Below are positions 18,184 through 29,609 of a stretch of 64,000 bases of DNA, in pieces; the stretch's first letter is position 1, and each line of letters opens with the position of its first letter. The notes beneath the pieces were generated by a model. The model did not search any database, was not told the DNA's origin, and saw only the letters and a program-made list of their open reading frames with translations. This DNA is from a virus: IMG/VR virus record IMGVR_UViG_3300030098_004409, positions 46,289-110,288 of that record; one strand, 5' to 3'. The translations under genes were made by a program, and so were the position numbers.

Positions 18184-18606
18184 TTATTTTCCACCACAAC
18201 CACCACATTTTCCAGTGCCTGTGTTATATACGCCCCATTTATCCAACGGGCATTTCTCAGAAGCCCAGCCTGCTTTCATCTTAACAAAGCATCCACAGGC
18301 GCGACATCTATCATCTTGAAGATAATCACAGCTATTACAGGTACTCATTCTACTTTCGTATATATCATGAGGGACTTTCTTTGCCCCATTAGCTACGTGT
18401 TTAACAAAAGCATCGCCAAGATTTTTTGCTTGCTGCAACAAAGAGGGCATCTCTTGAGGTTTTTCTTCGGGTTCAACCTGCTGAGCTTCGACTGGAGCTT
18501 CTGTTGAATCTTGAGGCTCATCAAAATAGTGAACAAAGCCACAATGACAAGCACATCCATTTGATATGCAGGGAAATATGGAGCCGCATTTTTGACATTT
18601 AAGCAT
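18184..18606 (-). CDS. Cys-rich metal-binding protein (DUF6171-like)
   Basis: 14 Cys in 140 aa; RMSTCNSC...RCRACGCFV..KA.....CPLDKW. Confidence 0.7.
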   Translation of the reverse strand: MLKCQKCGSIFPCISNGCACHCGFVHYFDEPQDSTEAPVEAQQVEPEEKPQEMPSLLQQAKNLGDAFVKHVANGAKKVPHDIYESRMSTCNSCDYLQDDRCRACGCFVKMKAGWASEKCPLDKWGVYNTGTGKCGGCGGK

Positions 18607-18607
18607 T

Positions 18608-21600
18608 TTATTGTTCTCCTCTTCCTAATGTAATCTTTACTGGTATTTCACCTATCTGTAAACTCTGTTTATTTAAGCCGAGTTTGAATTTTATTTGTGT
18701 CTTGCTGGGCTGGGGATAAAAAATTCTTGCGCCATTAAATGCGCTCCTACTGGTACTGCCCAACCACGGCGGGTATATTGACTTTGGAAGCGGCGTCCTA
18801 TCAAAATTTTCTCCATACCGTCGTTGGCCTGTACTGTATGGATCGCCCGGTGTTATCGGAGGCTGGGGCTTACCTTTATAGACATAACCTTGTATGGGGT
18901 AGAGTCCAATATAAGTATACCACAAATACCCTTTATCAAGTGGCCTCCATAATTCTCCTCTATTTACTACGTCATCTGGAATCGGGTCGCATTTTCTTAT
19001 AAAAAAAGTACTTCCGGGAAAAAACGGCTCATCTCTACATACTCTGTTATATCCGCTACCATCTTGCTTAGACATTTCCGGGACACATCCCTTGCATTTC
19101 GGCCCTTGTAACCTGAGAAATAAAGCAAGAGGGCTGCTGCCACTAAGCGAAGCACTACCACCTTCACAGTCAGCCTTCCAACAAGTAGAACAGCTATATC
19201 CAACCGGACCTCCAAGGACTGGGGGCCTCGGAGGTATCGACATACCCCAGCTATCTACGGTGGGGAAGTTATATATATATGTTTCTCCGGTTGACCTCCC
19301 CCACGGCTTATCTGGGATATCACCCCATTTGCCGTCGCAGCCAAAAGAACCTTGACCGCAAATATGCATTACTGGATCTGTAAAATCCTCATCAGTGAGC
19401 TGGCCGGGCATCGGGACGATACGACCGAAGATGTTTCTTTCGGTAGGTATCTGTTTGTTTAAAAAGCGAACCTTAAAAGTCTCAATATGACTAATGTTAA
19501 TACATTGGTTTCCTTCGTCATCATATATAACCGAACGAAGTCCCTCCACGAGTTCGTAATAATCAATTCCAACCCCATCAAATTTTACGGTACAATCATC
19601 TAGAACTCTCTGTCCTTCATCAAATCTTGGTGGATAATAATCAGTACATATAATTCTAGCCTCACCAGTTTCTGTGGCTAATAGAGTTTCATTAAGTAAA
19701 GGATCTTTGGTTGGACATCCTTCTTCAATGGCCTCCGGCAGTGGCACAAACTTATTCTGAAAGGAGCCATCAATAAAACTAGATTCAAATACTTTATCTA
19801 TATCTCCTGCTACAATAGAACCATCGTATCCAGCTCTCGTCTTGTTTGCCCCATCCGGCGTGTATAATATTCCTCTTCTCCGGGTCTCAGACGAGACGCC
19901 GATCCACTCGTTCAAATAATCCTCACCCGCCTCACATTTTATATCATATGCATACGCAGATAAATTTGATCTCCATATGTCGTCAGCATATTTATTAACG
20001 TTTATGTTGCCACTGTATCTCGGATCAACTGAGGTCCATGCTTTAATACATTCTTCCAGCCCGCTAATACTTGTACCAAATTGAAAACCGCCGACAGCAA
20101 AACCGTCAGGCACACCGCCTGCAATAGCCACATCAAAAACTTCTTGGTGAATCTCAGTAAAATCTAGCTCATATACGTCATTATCCTCTGCTCCGTTGTC
20201 GTTTGAGTAATGGCTCAAAGGTGCGGTATAAAAGGTAACTGCCGCTAAAAATGCTTCCTGTGGCTGAAACTGAAGAGATGAGCCCCCTCCATAGCCGCCC
20301 ATAGTACCCATGCCCAAAGCGCTTGATGTTGTTACTGTAGTAGTAGTTGGTACGTAACTGTTGTCCCCGAAATACCTATCATTGTCTAGAACAAGTACAT
20401 CGTCATTAGCGTTGGATATAAGCTCCGCATGAGAGCTCTCCCCATTAAGGTCTATCGTACTGTTTAACACACTCTTCTGCCTATTTAGGTTGCCATAGCC
20501 TAGCAAAATCCGGGAGCTTGCATGAAAAGATCTGCCAACAATATTAATCGGAGCCCCTTTTTTGGTTTTTCTGGAATGGTTTAGAAAATCTGGATAGGAT
20601 TGACGAAACTTTTTCGAGCCTTTAGTAGCTTCAGTATATGAATTTGTCCCAAAAGCCATATAAACTGCACTGTCGCAACTAACATTCATTCTGCCTTCAA
20701 GATACTTACTAAACACATCTCTTGCGTTACCATCAGGGTCTGAGATCGCATGTACTTTTGTCCCGCCTGTATATTTACTAACAGTTCTATAGGCCGTAGT
20801 TTTAAAGTCAGCTAGGGCATCTGTAATATTATCATATATGTTCTTCTTCTGCACATCAGAGAAATCGTCATCAAAGGCATTATTAAAAACAATAAAAGAT
20901 CCACCTCCAAGTGATGAAACTGTGGGATTACCTGAAACAGGCCCTTCTCCCAGCTTTGGAAGAGGAGGGGTTTGGTTTCCAGTGCCCCTGCCCCCCAGTG
21001 GGCCAGATAGTGGCACTGAAGTGATTCGATCCTTATGCTCCATAGGTGTAAAGGGAAACTGAAGCAAATAATTAGCGAAGGGCTTAGGGACTTCAGGAGT
21101 GGCTTGCTGACTACCTACCGAACCCGCACCCATATAAGGGACGCCCATGCCCCATCCTCCCCACCGGTTTTGGGGCTTTGGTCTTGTGTCTAACCAGTCT
21201 CCGCTAAGACTAGCTGGGTTTGTGCTAAGTGGATCGACGATAGTATAATAAACATCGCCCCCGCTACTAGTACCTCTCTGAAACGGATGGGTTCCGGGAC
21301 TAACAACTGTGGTTTTAAACACCTTTCCTACTTTGACGAGATATGTTTTTCTCATCATGCCAATGTTCTTTTTCTCCTCGTTGTTATCAAAATGCCTACC
21401 ATTGATTCCAGTGAAAGGATCGTATGAAACACCAAACTTATGTGGATGCTCAGATCGAGTGGATATTGAGGGATCAGGGCAATCTGACTTTAGCAAAAAA
21501 TGCACAACTTCTTGTTTTCTTGATTCTGACTGCGATCCGGAAACAGCAGAGTCGCCAACGGGATTCTCAACCTCATAGTACTTACCAGCAGTAGATGGGG

Positions 21601-22351
21601 CGCGCTGAACTTCAAGCTCGCCACACACAGGAAAGGTCACAATCACCTCTTGTTTGGCATAAACTGCTAGCTCTTCTATGGTCGTATAGCTATCAGCAAG
21701 GTTAAAATCCCAAATACCTACAACAGCATCATTTGTTGCATAATTACGCGTTTGTCCACACCCCTCATAATAGTCTACATGGTCTGTGTTGGTTATACGT
21801 TTGTATACCCATGTATGCATTTTTTCCAGCCATTCATCAGCAATCTCATCATCCTCCTGATCCCATCTTTGCGCGAAATGTGTTGCGTCTGGTCTAAGAT
21901 CGCCAGTAAAGTACTCATACCAATAATCTCGGTTTCGTTTAGATAGCTCTGCATCGACACCGGGCGGATTTAAGCTACGTCCAGAACTACTAACGGTCAT
22001 ACTAGTATTTGCGTCAGTGTAACCAACACGTATATCTCCAATTCTGACTTTTCTAGAAACTGCAATGGTGACAATATCGTCTGGATCTACTGAACCTCTT
22101 ATTTCAAAAGCAGGAAAATTATTCGTCCTTTCTAATAGGGTGCCGCTTCCAAAGTCAGTATGTCCGTCGATGCCATGAAGTATAGTCTCCGGCATAGCGT
22201 TTGTAGCGACGGACTTATCTTCAATAAAAAATCCTTGTCCGAATTTATATACCAATCTTATTATCTCGTCGGTGCACCCACTCTTACAGGATAGACAAGG
22301 ACCCAGAAAGTCCAAGGGTCTTACGCCTGTATCTACAATCCGTTCTTCCAT
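18608..22351 (-). CDS. Large putative tail-tip/fibre (receptor-binding) protein
   Basis: 1247-aa ORF downstream of the TMP; Cys clusters near both ends; Gly/Pro-rich linkers. Confidence 0.55.
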   Translation of the reverse strand: MEERIVDTGVRPLDFLGPCLSCKSGCTDEIIRLVYKFGQGFFIEDKSVATNAMPETILHGIDGHTDFGSGTLLERTNNFPAFEIRGSVDPDDIVTIAVSRKVRIGDIRVGYTDANTSMTVSSSGRSLNPPGVDAELSKRNRDYWYEYFTGDLRPDATHFAQRWDQEDDEIADEWLEKMHTWVYKRITNTDHVDYYEGCGQTRNYATNDAVVGIWDFNLADSYTTIEELAVYAKQEVIVTFPVCGELEVQRAPSTAGKYYEVENPVGDSAVSGSQSESRKQEVVHFLLKSDCPDPSISTRSEHPHKFGVSYDPFTGINGRHFDNNEEKKNIGMMRKTYLVKVGKVFKTTVVSPGTHPFQRGTSSGGDVYYTIVDPLSTNPASLSGDWLDTRPKPQNRWGGWGMGVPYMGAGSVGSQQATPEVPKPFANYLLQFPFTPMEHKDRITSVPLSGPLGGRGTGNQTPPLPKLGEGPVSGNPTVSSLGGGSFIVFNNAFDDDFSDVQKKNIYDNITDALADFKTTAYRTVSKYTGGTKVHAISDPDGNARDVFSKYLEGRMNVSCDSAVYMAFGTNSYTEATKGSKKFRQSYPDFLNHSRKTKKGAPINIVGRSFHASSRILLGYGNLNRQKSVLNSTIDLNGESSHAELISNANDDVLVLDNDRYFGDNSYVPTTTTVTTSSALGMGTMGGYGGGSSLQFQPQEAFLAAVTFYTAPLSHYSNDNGAEDNDVYELDFTEIHQEVFDVAIAGGVPDGFAVGGFQFGTSISGLEECIKAWTSVDPRYSGNINVNKYADDIWRSNLSAYAYDIKCEAGEDYLNEWIGVSSETRRRGILYTPDGANKTRAGYDGSIVAGDIDKVFESSFIDGSFQNKFVPLPEAIEEGCPTKDPLLNETLLATETGEARIICTDYYPPRFDEGQRVLDDCTVKFDGVGIDYYELVEGLRSVIYDDEGNQCINISHIETFKVRFLNKQIPTERNIFGRIVPMPGQLTDEDFTDPVMHICGQGSFGCDGKWGDIPDKPWGRSTGETYIYNFPTVDSWGMSIPPRPPVLGGPVGYSCSTCWKADCEGGSASLSGSSPLALFLRLQGPKCKGCVPEMSKQDGSGYNRVCRDEPFFPGSTFFIRKCDPIPDDVVNRGELWRPLDKGYLWYTYIGLYPIQGYVYKGKPQPPITPGDPYSTGQRRYGENFDRTPLPKSIYPPWLGSTSRSAFNGARIFYPQPSKTQIKFKLGLNKQSLQIGEIPVKITLGRGEQ

Positions 22352-25260
22352 TGCTGAACCTCCTCTAGCTGAAATTTTAACTTTATATTAGAGCCTACAA
22401 AATATCCAGTAGCTGGTTTTTGATTATTTGTGTACTCAACTGTTTCAAAAACATCTTCAAGAAACTCTGTGTTTTCCTCAAAAAATCTTTTTATCTCAGT
22501 AAATTTAACGTCTCCGACACGATCAGCAAACGATAACCTAAACCCATCCTCTAAGGGGAAAAGCTTTTCGGGAAAACGCTTAGGTTCGGGCGGAGGGGAG
22601 TATCCAGATCCTTGTAGCTCTTCCTTATTTGCACGAGTATCAGTAAACCTTATAGGAGATACGCCGATAAATCCATCTGGCAGAACATGCGGTGGGTCAT
22701 CTGCAAGTTCAATCTTAGCTTCTTCATTGCCGTCTAGTTCTATTAAGCTATAATATTTGGTATCTTCAATAAACTTCCACTCTATATTTTTACTAAGAGT
22801 TAGGTGTACCGGATTACCCTCATCAAAACCTATCGGGCCAGCAATTTCGTCTCCAAAATTATCAACATCTATATCGCCATTAACTATGTCTATTTGATTT
22901 ACTTTATACTTGAACGGGTTGGCAAAATCTCCGCTTAAATATCTTAGTTGTAGATAGTACGCTCTTCCCGTGAGAGCATAATAGTATTTATCTTTTACTA
23001 ACTCTACATCTTGAATTGAAACTCCGTCTTCAGTGTCTAAGTCTATAATATGTGGCTGCAGCAAAGCGTTCGTTTCGACTATCTTTGTAATTTCAGAAAT
23101 GTCATCAGAACCTACTGGGTAATAAACCTTGTCCCCAACACTTGGTGTTAGTGTGTCAAAAAACGGCTGAGGGTTCTCCATGGCCTCTTTTGCATTGCGA
23201 TTTCTTCTAAAACTGACAACGAGAACCTTGTCAACATATTCAATTTTCTCTTCATCATCTGCTGGGTTTGAGACGGTATACTTTCTAAACGTGCTTACAG
23301 TCCCGTCTTCGTCTTCAAAATCTCCGGGCCAGCCTTCTGGAGGGTCTTGTATAGGTATTGCTCCATCTAACTTGTCGTCTTTAGCGATCATACTTTGCGG
23401 ATACAGTAAGTCACCAGCCTTAAACTTACTATCTGTATACTTAAAGTATGGAGTCCAGCGACCCTCGTAAGTGATATGGAAATCCGAAAGTGAATGACCG
23501 CCACCGCCCATTGTGTACGGGAATATAGCCTTACTCTTTCCATTTCTAGCAGAGCTACGAGACATATCATCTACAAAAATAAACGTATCCTCAGAAGCCG
23601 TTATTCTCTTTTCCCTAAGTTCTGCCGGTGGAATTTGACATGCCTCATCGTCAGGCTGAAGGTCTTTTTCGTCAGCATACTCTTTAAGTTTAGGCCATCT
23701 ATTATCTTTGAGCCAACATACACTAGCAATTTTTTTTATGTTTTCTTCCGGAGTGCTCGTTTTCCCGTCTTCATATCCAAAAACTATGTCATCAGCTGTA
23801 GGATTTGTATTTCTAGGATTACCTATCCAATATCTAGAAAGTTCATCAGGTGTAACATCCCTCCCAATAGAGTTTTCATCTGGAAATGGGTTAAACACTA
23901 TGAAGTCTCTAGATGTAACCTGTATCTTATTAAAAATTTCTGGACTAGCATGAAACCAAGTTAATTCCTTATCTCCCTTTGCCTCATCTTTATTTTCTAG
24001 TTCATCTCTGCCATTGCCGTGTCCATCTTTAATTGTATATTTTTCATCATCATCGACACTTTTATAGTCTCCATTGCCCTCGTTAAAATAATGCGCGAAA
24101 CCTCCGGTAGGAGCTCCAAAAGTTCCAAGGCCATCGCTGAAGGCGATATTCTCATACTGAACATTCCCAATAGCAAAGAAAGGGTAAGTAAGGCAATAGC
24201 CCACTCTAGCATAATCTAAAAGCGCTTGTCTAGCTACAAAATTAACCTTCTGGCCATAGAAGTAATTAGTCAGGGGTAGATAAATTCTATGTATGGTTGG
24301 AAAATATGAAGTGTCCATAGGGGCACCATTACCAAAGAGATTAAACTCAGTCTTATAAACTATAGTATTCAACTCATTAAATATTTCTTCGCCATTATAG
24401 AAAATTTGTGTAGTCCACTCTACCACAAAATCTTTTATTTCAATTTGATAATTTAACGGCTGAATATCGTTCATGTAGGCGTAAAACTGAGTGTATGGAA
24501 CGCCCGGTTTTTGCCACCTATTATTGGGATCACCTCCTTCAATATAATTCCACTTCTTATCAATCTCAGTCTTTATAGACATAGTTACTTGCTCCAGATC
24601 GCCATCTTCATCGAATGAAGAAACATAACGATACCTTTGGAGTGCGGATTGTTCCATGTCGGGATCAGGTACATATTGTCCTGATGTTAATATTTCATCC
24701 ATATGGACATATGAATCGTCATCATCTTTTTTTAGGCTGGCAACGTTAAGAATGTCAGCTTTAACTCCGTTTATATATCTTTTATACGAAGTGTTTTTAG
24801 ACAAGCGCCTAACAATCCTTATATTCGTGCCTTCGGGATCTCCTAGTATAGCGTCCCAAGTTTTGGGTATATGAAAACCGACATCTTCATCGACCATAAA
24901 CTGATTGTTGAGATAATCTGAAAAATCCCTCCACTCTGGATAATGCCTTAAATAACTTGTATCCTCGGGTACTGCGGGCTCCTGATCAGGATCATAGAAC
25001 ACTGCCCCCCAGAACCAACTACATAGGTCTGATCGATACTCGCCTCGATCTGGTTTGGTAATTTCGTAACGTATTTCTTCCAGATCCAACATCCCAGCCC
25101 ACTGATTGTTGTCTACTAAATGCTTTACATAATCTGACCTAGACAAGAATTCTCCGCCAACCTTGTAGGACACTTTGTAGTCATCTTTTGTGCACGATAT
25201 TTTTTTTTCGATAACGCTGGGCGCGCAGCAGCAAGATCCGTTTCCATGTCTGCCTGACAT
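22333..25260 (-). CDS. Large putative tail protein with N-terminal CCC motif
   Basis: 975-aa acidic ORF starting MSGRHGNGSCCCAP; position in the tail module. Confidence 0.55.
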   Translation of the reverse strand: MSGRHGNGSCCCAPSVIEKKISCTKDDYKVSYKVGGEFLSRSDYVKHLVDNNQWAGMLDLEEIRYEITKPDRGEYRSDLCSWFWGAVFYDPDQEPAVPEDTSYLRHYPEWRDFSDYLNNQFMVDEDVGFHIPKTWDAILGDPEGTNIRIVRRLSKNTSYKRYINGVKADILNVASLKKDDDDSYVHMDEILTSGQYVPDPDMEQSALQRYRYVSSFDEDGDLEQVTMSIKTEIDKKWNYIEGGDPNNRWQKPGVPYTQFYAYMNDIQPLNYQIEIKDFVVEWTTQIFYNGEEIFNELNTIVYKTEFNLFGNGAPMDTSYFPTIHRIYLPLTNYFYGQKVNFVARQALLDYARVGYCLTYPFFAIGNVQYENIAFSDGLGTFGAPTGGFAHYFNEGNGDYKSVDDDEKYTIKDGHGNGRDELENKDEAKGDKELTWFHASPEIFNKIQVTSRDFIVFNPFPDENSIGRDVTPDELSRYWIGNPRNTNPTADDIVFGYEDGKTSTPEENIKKIASVCWLKDNRWPKLKEYADEKDLQPDDEACQIPPAELREKRITASEDTFIFVDDMSRSSARNGKSKAIFPYTMGGGGHSLSDFHITYEGRWTPYFKYTDSKFKAGDLLYPQSMIAKDDKLDGAIPIQDPPEGWPGDFEDEDGTVSTFRKYTVSNPADDEEKIEYVDKVLVVSFRRNRNAKEAMENPQPFFDTLTPSVGDKVYYPVGSDDISEITKIVETNALLQPHIIDLDTEDGVSIQDVELVKDKYYYALTGRAYYLQLRYLSGDFANPFKYKVNQIDIVNGDIDVDNFGDEIAGPIGFDEGNPVHLTLSKNIEWKFIEDTKYYSLIELDGNEEAKIELADDPPHVLPDGFIGVSPIRFTDTRANKEELQGSGYSPPPEPKRFPEKLFPLEDGFRLSFADRVGDVKFTEIKRFFEENTEFLEDVFETVEYTNNQKPATGYFVGSNIKLKFQLEEVQQWKNGL

Positions 25261-25266
25261 AATATA

Positions 25267-28200
25267 TTAGAACCCCCTTTCCTCCGCACTAATATTATCA
25301 CAGCTAACCCAAACAGGTCTCCATTCATAATTGACGCGGACTAGCATTACATAAATATCGTATCCGTTTTCTTCTGCAGTTTCTACTGATGCGCTTAGCG
25401 AAGGGTCTCTGTTTGTAATAATAACTTCTTCCTCTAGATTTTTCCACTCATAAAGACCTCTTCCTAATTCAGCGTCTTGTGCAGCATCATTTCTATTGTT
25501 TATGAACGCAGTCTTGGTTTCTTGATCTCGCCACTTTTCTCCATTGTCTGCATTATTTTTCCTTCCGGGAACTGGCAAGTTATTAGCATCTCCAGCTTTT
25601 AGAGATTCGTCTGGATTATCATCTTGATCCACATCCACGTCTGGGTTCCAAACAGCAATAGCCTGCGCCTGAGCGACCAGATTATTTTCATCTGCAATTC
25701 TTTTGTTAACCACTTGGTCGTTGCGAACGCGCCGTCTAATTACAGCTCTGCCCTCTGTGTTAGGTTTGTCTACAGATTCAGCGAAGCCAATGCTAGTTTT
25801 TAATACGCCCTCAACAAAAGACAATCCTCCAGCCCAAACCTGTCTTTCATCATCCCACATCAAGTCTACTGGCCCAGTTTTCCAAGAGCCTCTATGCTGC
25901 GCTGGATCTACTGGATCAAAGAAACCATCTAAATTTCCGGGGACTGGCATGCCAGCGAGGTCATAACCCCAACCAGACAAAAGAAGTGGCCCTCTTAACC
26001 CATAAGTTCTAACGTCAGCTGTATTATCATTTAATAATGTGCCGCCTTCTGTGGAAAGGTCGAGATGGTTATCCTTGCTTCCATCTGTCAGCCAATCATA
26101 ATTATTTCTATTAACAGCAACAAAGTCTACAAAGGTGGGCAGGAAATAGGGATCAAGTGAGTAGGCGGTAGGTCTTACATCAACATGAGTTCTTTCATGC
26201 TCGGAAGCGTTTCCAAAAAGCGTCGCCTTGCCGAATGTGTCGGAAGTACCTACAATATTAACATTTTCCTGAGCTTTCCTAACATAGGGCAATATTTCTC
26301 TTTTAGCCTCAACCTCCGCTAGTTGATTATTAAAGTTTTTGATCGCCTCCTCTGCTCCAGCGATATCTGCTTCGTCTCCATTGTTAGCCCTAAGAGCTCT
26401 AAGTCTCCTTTCTTCAGGGAATAAGCCTCTCTTCACATCCACCGCCTCTAAGTCAATAGCATTATCTGCTAGATTCGGTCTGCGTCTAATTCCAATCGGA
26501 GTAAATATCTGCTCATCAGTACAACCAAAGGCAGTATCATAAGCCCTCTGTCCGGTCTCCATGGGAGCGCCATAAGCAAACTGTAAAGTTGTGGCATTGT
26601 TATTTGACATCACAAACTGAGACTTGCCGAATTGGTTGCCGGCAGCACTAAGCTTCGGAACTTTCGGTATAATTGTTCCAGTCTTCCATATAGTATCGCC
26701 CTCATTCATTGTTGGTATCTGAGGCTCTCTAGCACCAAACATAGGAGCGTTTACCTGCGGCGAGGAACCCGTCAAGCTTTTAGCCGAACCTGCACCACCA
26801 CCGCCGGTCTTTAAGCGTTTAATTTTCTCTTTATTTATACGCGCAATTCTATCCACATTATATTTGGCTATCTTGCCAAAATTTCTCGTCCATGTAGAGA
26901 ATTGGTATCTTGTAGTTAAGCCGCCAGTCCCGACACTAACATCCATCGAAGTGACATATGGGCCATTGGTGTTAAACCTTTCCGCTATATTATATTGAGG
27001 AAACTCAGCAAGCTCCACACTGCCAGATTCAGTAGCATAAGGGTCTGCTAGCGCAACTTCCGTCAAAGCAAAAGCTGCTTTATCCAACATAGAAAAAGAA
27101 CCAAACACCTCTGGTCTCAGCTGACTATTCTGCTCGACTTCAGCTTTACCTTTTTTGCTGCTGTACTTATACCAAGGTCCCCATGTGTATCGGGTGCTCT
27201 TTTGAGGTAAAGATATTTTGAAGGGTCTAGATGCCTTTGGCATAAACTTGAGCCTGTTCATGAGGTTACTGGGGCCGCACGCACCGTGCATCCACAGCGT
27301 GTATGGGTCAAGCCCAGTGTCACTATCCGATGGCGTATGAAGCCAATTCCTGATCCAAGAAGGCCCCCTCGCACGACCTTGTTGCGTTGCAAAGAAATGG
27401 GCCATAGCACCCATAGGCATACCCCTTAGTACTGCATATTTATCCCATTCGCTAACAAAAGGACAAGTGACATGAACCATAGCGCTAATGTCATCATAAG
27501 GATTATTGTTTTGTTGGTAGCCCGGATTGTTCCGCCAGTAGATTTTGTTTTCTACCTCTACATTTAAAGCTCCATTAATTGTGCTAATCCCGGCAACAGG
27601 AGCAGCTAAGTGATAGGGCACTATTCTTTCTATGGAACTAAAGTCTTTTATGAATCCTCCTGCTGTTCCTGTGTCAATAGCTGGAAAGTATGCAGCAACA
27701 GCTTTCAGAAGTCCTTCATCAGTATAAGCGTCTGGATCAGATACTCTAAAGTCAGGGTCCCATCCAGCATCAGCCATTTCCCAAGATGACTCAGTATCAT
27801 AGTCATTCAAAAATCTAATGTTATTTTGAATTCCGCCCGGCTCAACTGGCAAAAGTACAAAGTAAGTCCTGCCATAATAGTTTGACGCTGTATTAAGAAC
27901 ATCATTAAATAGACTATCACTGCCCGAGCTATCGCCATCACTGAAATACTTTAAAATGCCTCCCTGTCCTCTACCGCCTCCCACGCTACGGGCTGTAAAG
28001 TTAGTCACCGCATCGTTGATATTGCGATGACGTGTCCCATTAAATCCTGCAGCCCAACCTTGACCATTGAAAACATTTTGAAATATTTCAGCATACTGCC
28101 AAGATTCTAAATCGTAGCCTGACATAAATTCATTAGTAATGGTACTATAGCCAAAATACTGACCCATATAGTGATAAAGCACCCAAGTTTGGTATCCAGA

Positions 28201-29601
28201 CAATGCGGCTCTCAGTTCCATAACTGTAGCGCTATGAATCCTACCAGACCCCCTCAATACAGGCACATAGTCACCATCTCCAAAACCATTACCAGTAAGC
28301 CAATTACCATTTTGGTCTTTTCCATAGACTGGTATCAAATGCTCAAGTCCAGCTTCCCAGACTCTAGTAGCATTATCTCCTAACATTAATTTTTGGGTAA
28401 CAACATCAGCGTACTCTTGTCCATTGTCACGAGAAATAAGAGTATTTCCTTTGGCTGCGTTATCTACAAGCTCTTGAACTACGCCGGGCTGAGGCTGCGC
28501 TCTTTTGTCTAAATACTTAAAACTAATTACTGGGCCTATGACATTATCGTCTGCGTCATACTGTGTAGGAACCGCTCCATTCTTCATAACATTCGCATAC
28601 TGCGGATTGGCTACGATTCCGGGTCCATACCCAGTTAAAACCTGAGTCAGTACTGGATCAATTATGCAAACATAATCGTGAACAATAATCTCCATGCACT
28701 GGTTGACTAAATCATTTATATTTAATATTGGGCCTTTAATTCTAAAATCAGTCGGAAGTTTAGAGGCTAAATCTTTGAAATCTATCAGCATCTGAGTATC
28801 GCCAAAAGTGATTGGACTACCGATCAATTCCTCGTCATCACTATTCGTAAGCGTATCTACAGAAGGCCCATTAGGGTTGTCATAAGTATATTCACCAGCG
28901 GTTATTTCCTCTATCATATCTAAGAGTTTAGAGACGAGAAAACCCTGCTTGTTAGTGTCTGATTTGCCAAAATGTCCGCCAAAAGAATAGTTTTCTAGGA
29001 CACCAAAAGGATTGAGAACATTATTGATTTGACTAGTAAACTTAGTGTTAAGGTGAGGTCTAAACCAATAGTTTTCATTGAAAACCGTTCCTTCAAATTC
29101 GCCAACAATAACCTGAACCCCTTCAAGTAATTTGGATGGCGATTCAAAGGTTACGTCATATTTTCTTCCACTAAGGGTTTCTGAATACTGCCACCTTTGG
29201 AATATACCCACAAATTCAAAGCCCTGAAAACTAAACTGACACACTGTTCCAACCGGCGGAAAACCAGCAGCAGTATCATAAATTATATTGCCTGAACTAT
29301 CTCTAACGGGCTTATCTTCGTCATCTAGCCTTATAACCTGATGCTCAATGACAACAGGATCTTCAGTCATAACAGGAGTGTCAGTGACGGTAGTCGTTGT
29401 ATTTCCGTTTGAGTCAAGATATAAAGGCAAGCCAGTAACGGGATCAACCGCCTGTGTTGCGTTTTGGGGGTCTTCAACTAGCGTCATCTGCATAGTGCTA
29501 GATTCAGCTCCATATCCTACATTTGAGGTGAAGCTTTCTACATAAGCTCCAAACATGTATATGGGCTCTGTAATTTGTGTTACAGGTGTTCCAATAGTCA
29601 T
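25267..29601 (-). CDS. Tail-tip/baseplate hub (Tal-like) protein
   Basis: 1444 aa. N-terminal FGAYVESFTSNVGYGAESSTMQMTLVED and later GPYVTSMDVSVGTGGLTTRYQF resemble hub beta-barrels; position after TMP and Dit-like gene. Confidence 0.6.
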   Translation of the reverse strand: MTIGTPVTQITEPIYMFGAYVESFTSNVGYGAESSTMQMTLVEDPQNATQAVDPVTGLPLYLDSNGNTTTTVTDTPVMTEDPVVIEHQVIRLDDEDKPVRDSSGNIIYDTAAGFPPVGTVCQFSFQGFEFVGIFQRWQYSETLSGRKYDVTFESPSKLLEGVQVIVGEFEGTVFNENYWFRPHLNTKFTSQINNVLNPFGVLENYSFGGHFGKSDTNKQGFLVSKLLDMIEEITAGEYTYDNPNGPSVDTLTNSDDEELIGSPITFGDTQMLIDFKDLASKLPTDFRIKGPILNINDLVNQCMEIIVHDYVCIIDPVLTQVLTGYGPGIVANPQYANVMKNGAVPTQYDADDNVIGPVISFKYLDKRAQPQPGVVQELVDNAAKGNTLISRDNGQEYADVVTQKLMLGDNATRVWEAGLEHLIPVYGKDQNGNWLTGNGFGDGDYVPVLRGSGRIHSATVMELRAALSGYQTWVLYHYMGQYFGYSTITNEFMSGYDLESWQYAEIFQNVFNGQGWAAGFNGTRHRNINDAVTNFTARSVGGGRGQGGILKYFSDGDSSGSDSLFNDVLNTASNYYGRTYFVLLPVEPGGIQNNIRFLNDYDTESSWEMADAGWDPDFRVSDPDAYTDEGLLKAVAAYFPAIDTGTAGGFIKDFSSIERIVPYHLAAPVAGISTINGALNVEVENKIYWRNNPGYQQNNNPYDDISAMVHVTCPFVSEWDKYAVLRGMPMGAMAHFFATQQGRARGPSWIRNWLHTPSDSDTGLDPYTLWMHGACGPSNLMNRLKFMPKASRPFKISLPQKSTRYTWGPWYKYSSKKGKAEVEQNSQLRPEVFGSFSMLDKAAFALTEVALADPYATESGSVELAEFPQYNIAERFNTNGPYVTSMDVSVGTGGLTTRYQFSTWTRNFGKIAKYNVDRIARINKEKIKRLKTGGGGAGSAKSLTGSSPQVNAPMFGAREPQIPTMNEGDTIWKTGTIIPKVPKLSAAGNQFGKSQFVMSNNNATTLQFAYGAPMETGQRAYDTAFGCTDEQIFTPIGIRRRPNLADNAIDLEAVDVKRGLFPEERRLRALRANNGDEADIAGAEEAIKNFNNQLAEVEAKREILPYVRKAQENVNIVGTSDTFGKATLFGNASEHERTHVDVRPTAYSLDPYFLPTFVDFVAVNRNNYDWLTDGSKDNHLDLSTEGGTLLNDNTADVRTYGLRGPLLLSGWGYDLAGMPVPGNLDGFFDPVDPAQHRGSWKTGPVDLMWDDERQVWAGGLSFVEGVLKTSIGFAESVDKPNTEGRAVIRRRVRNDQVVNKRIADENNLVAQAQAIAVWNPDVDVDQDDNPDESLKAGDANNLPVPGRKNNADNGEKWRDQETKTAFINNRNDAAQDAELGRGLYEWKNLEEEVIITNRDPSLSASVETAEENGYDIYVMLVRVNYEWRPVWVSCDNISAEERGF

Positions 29602-29609
29602 TTGTTCTC

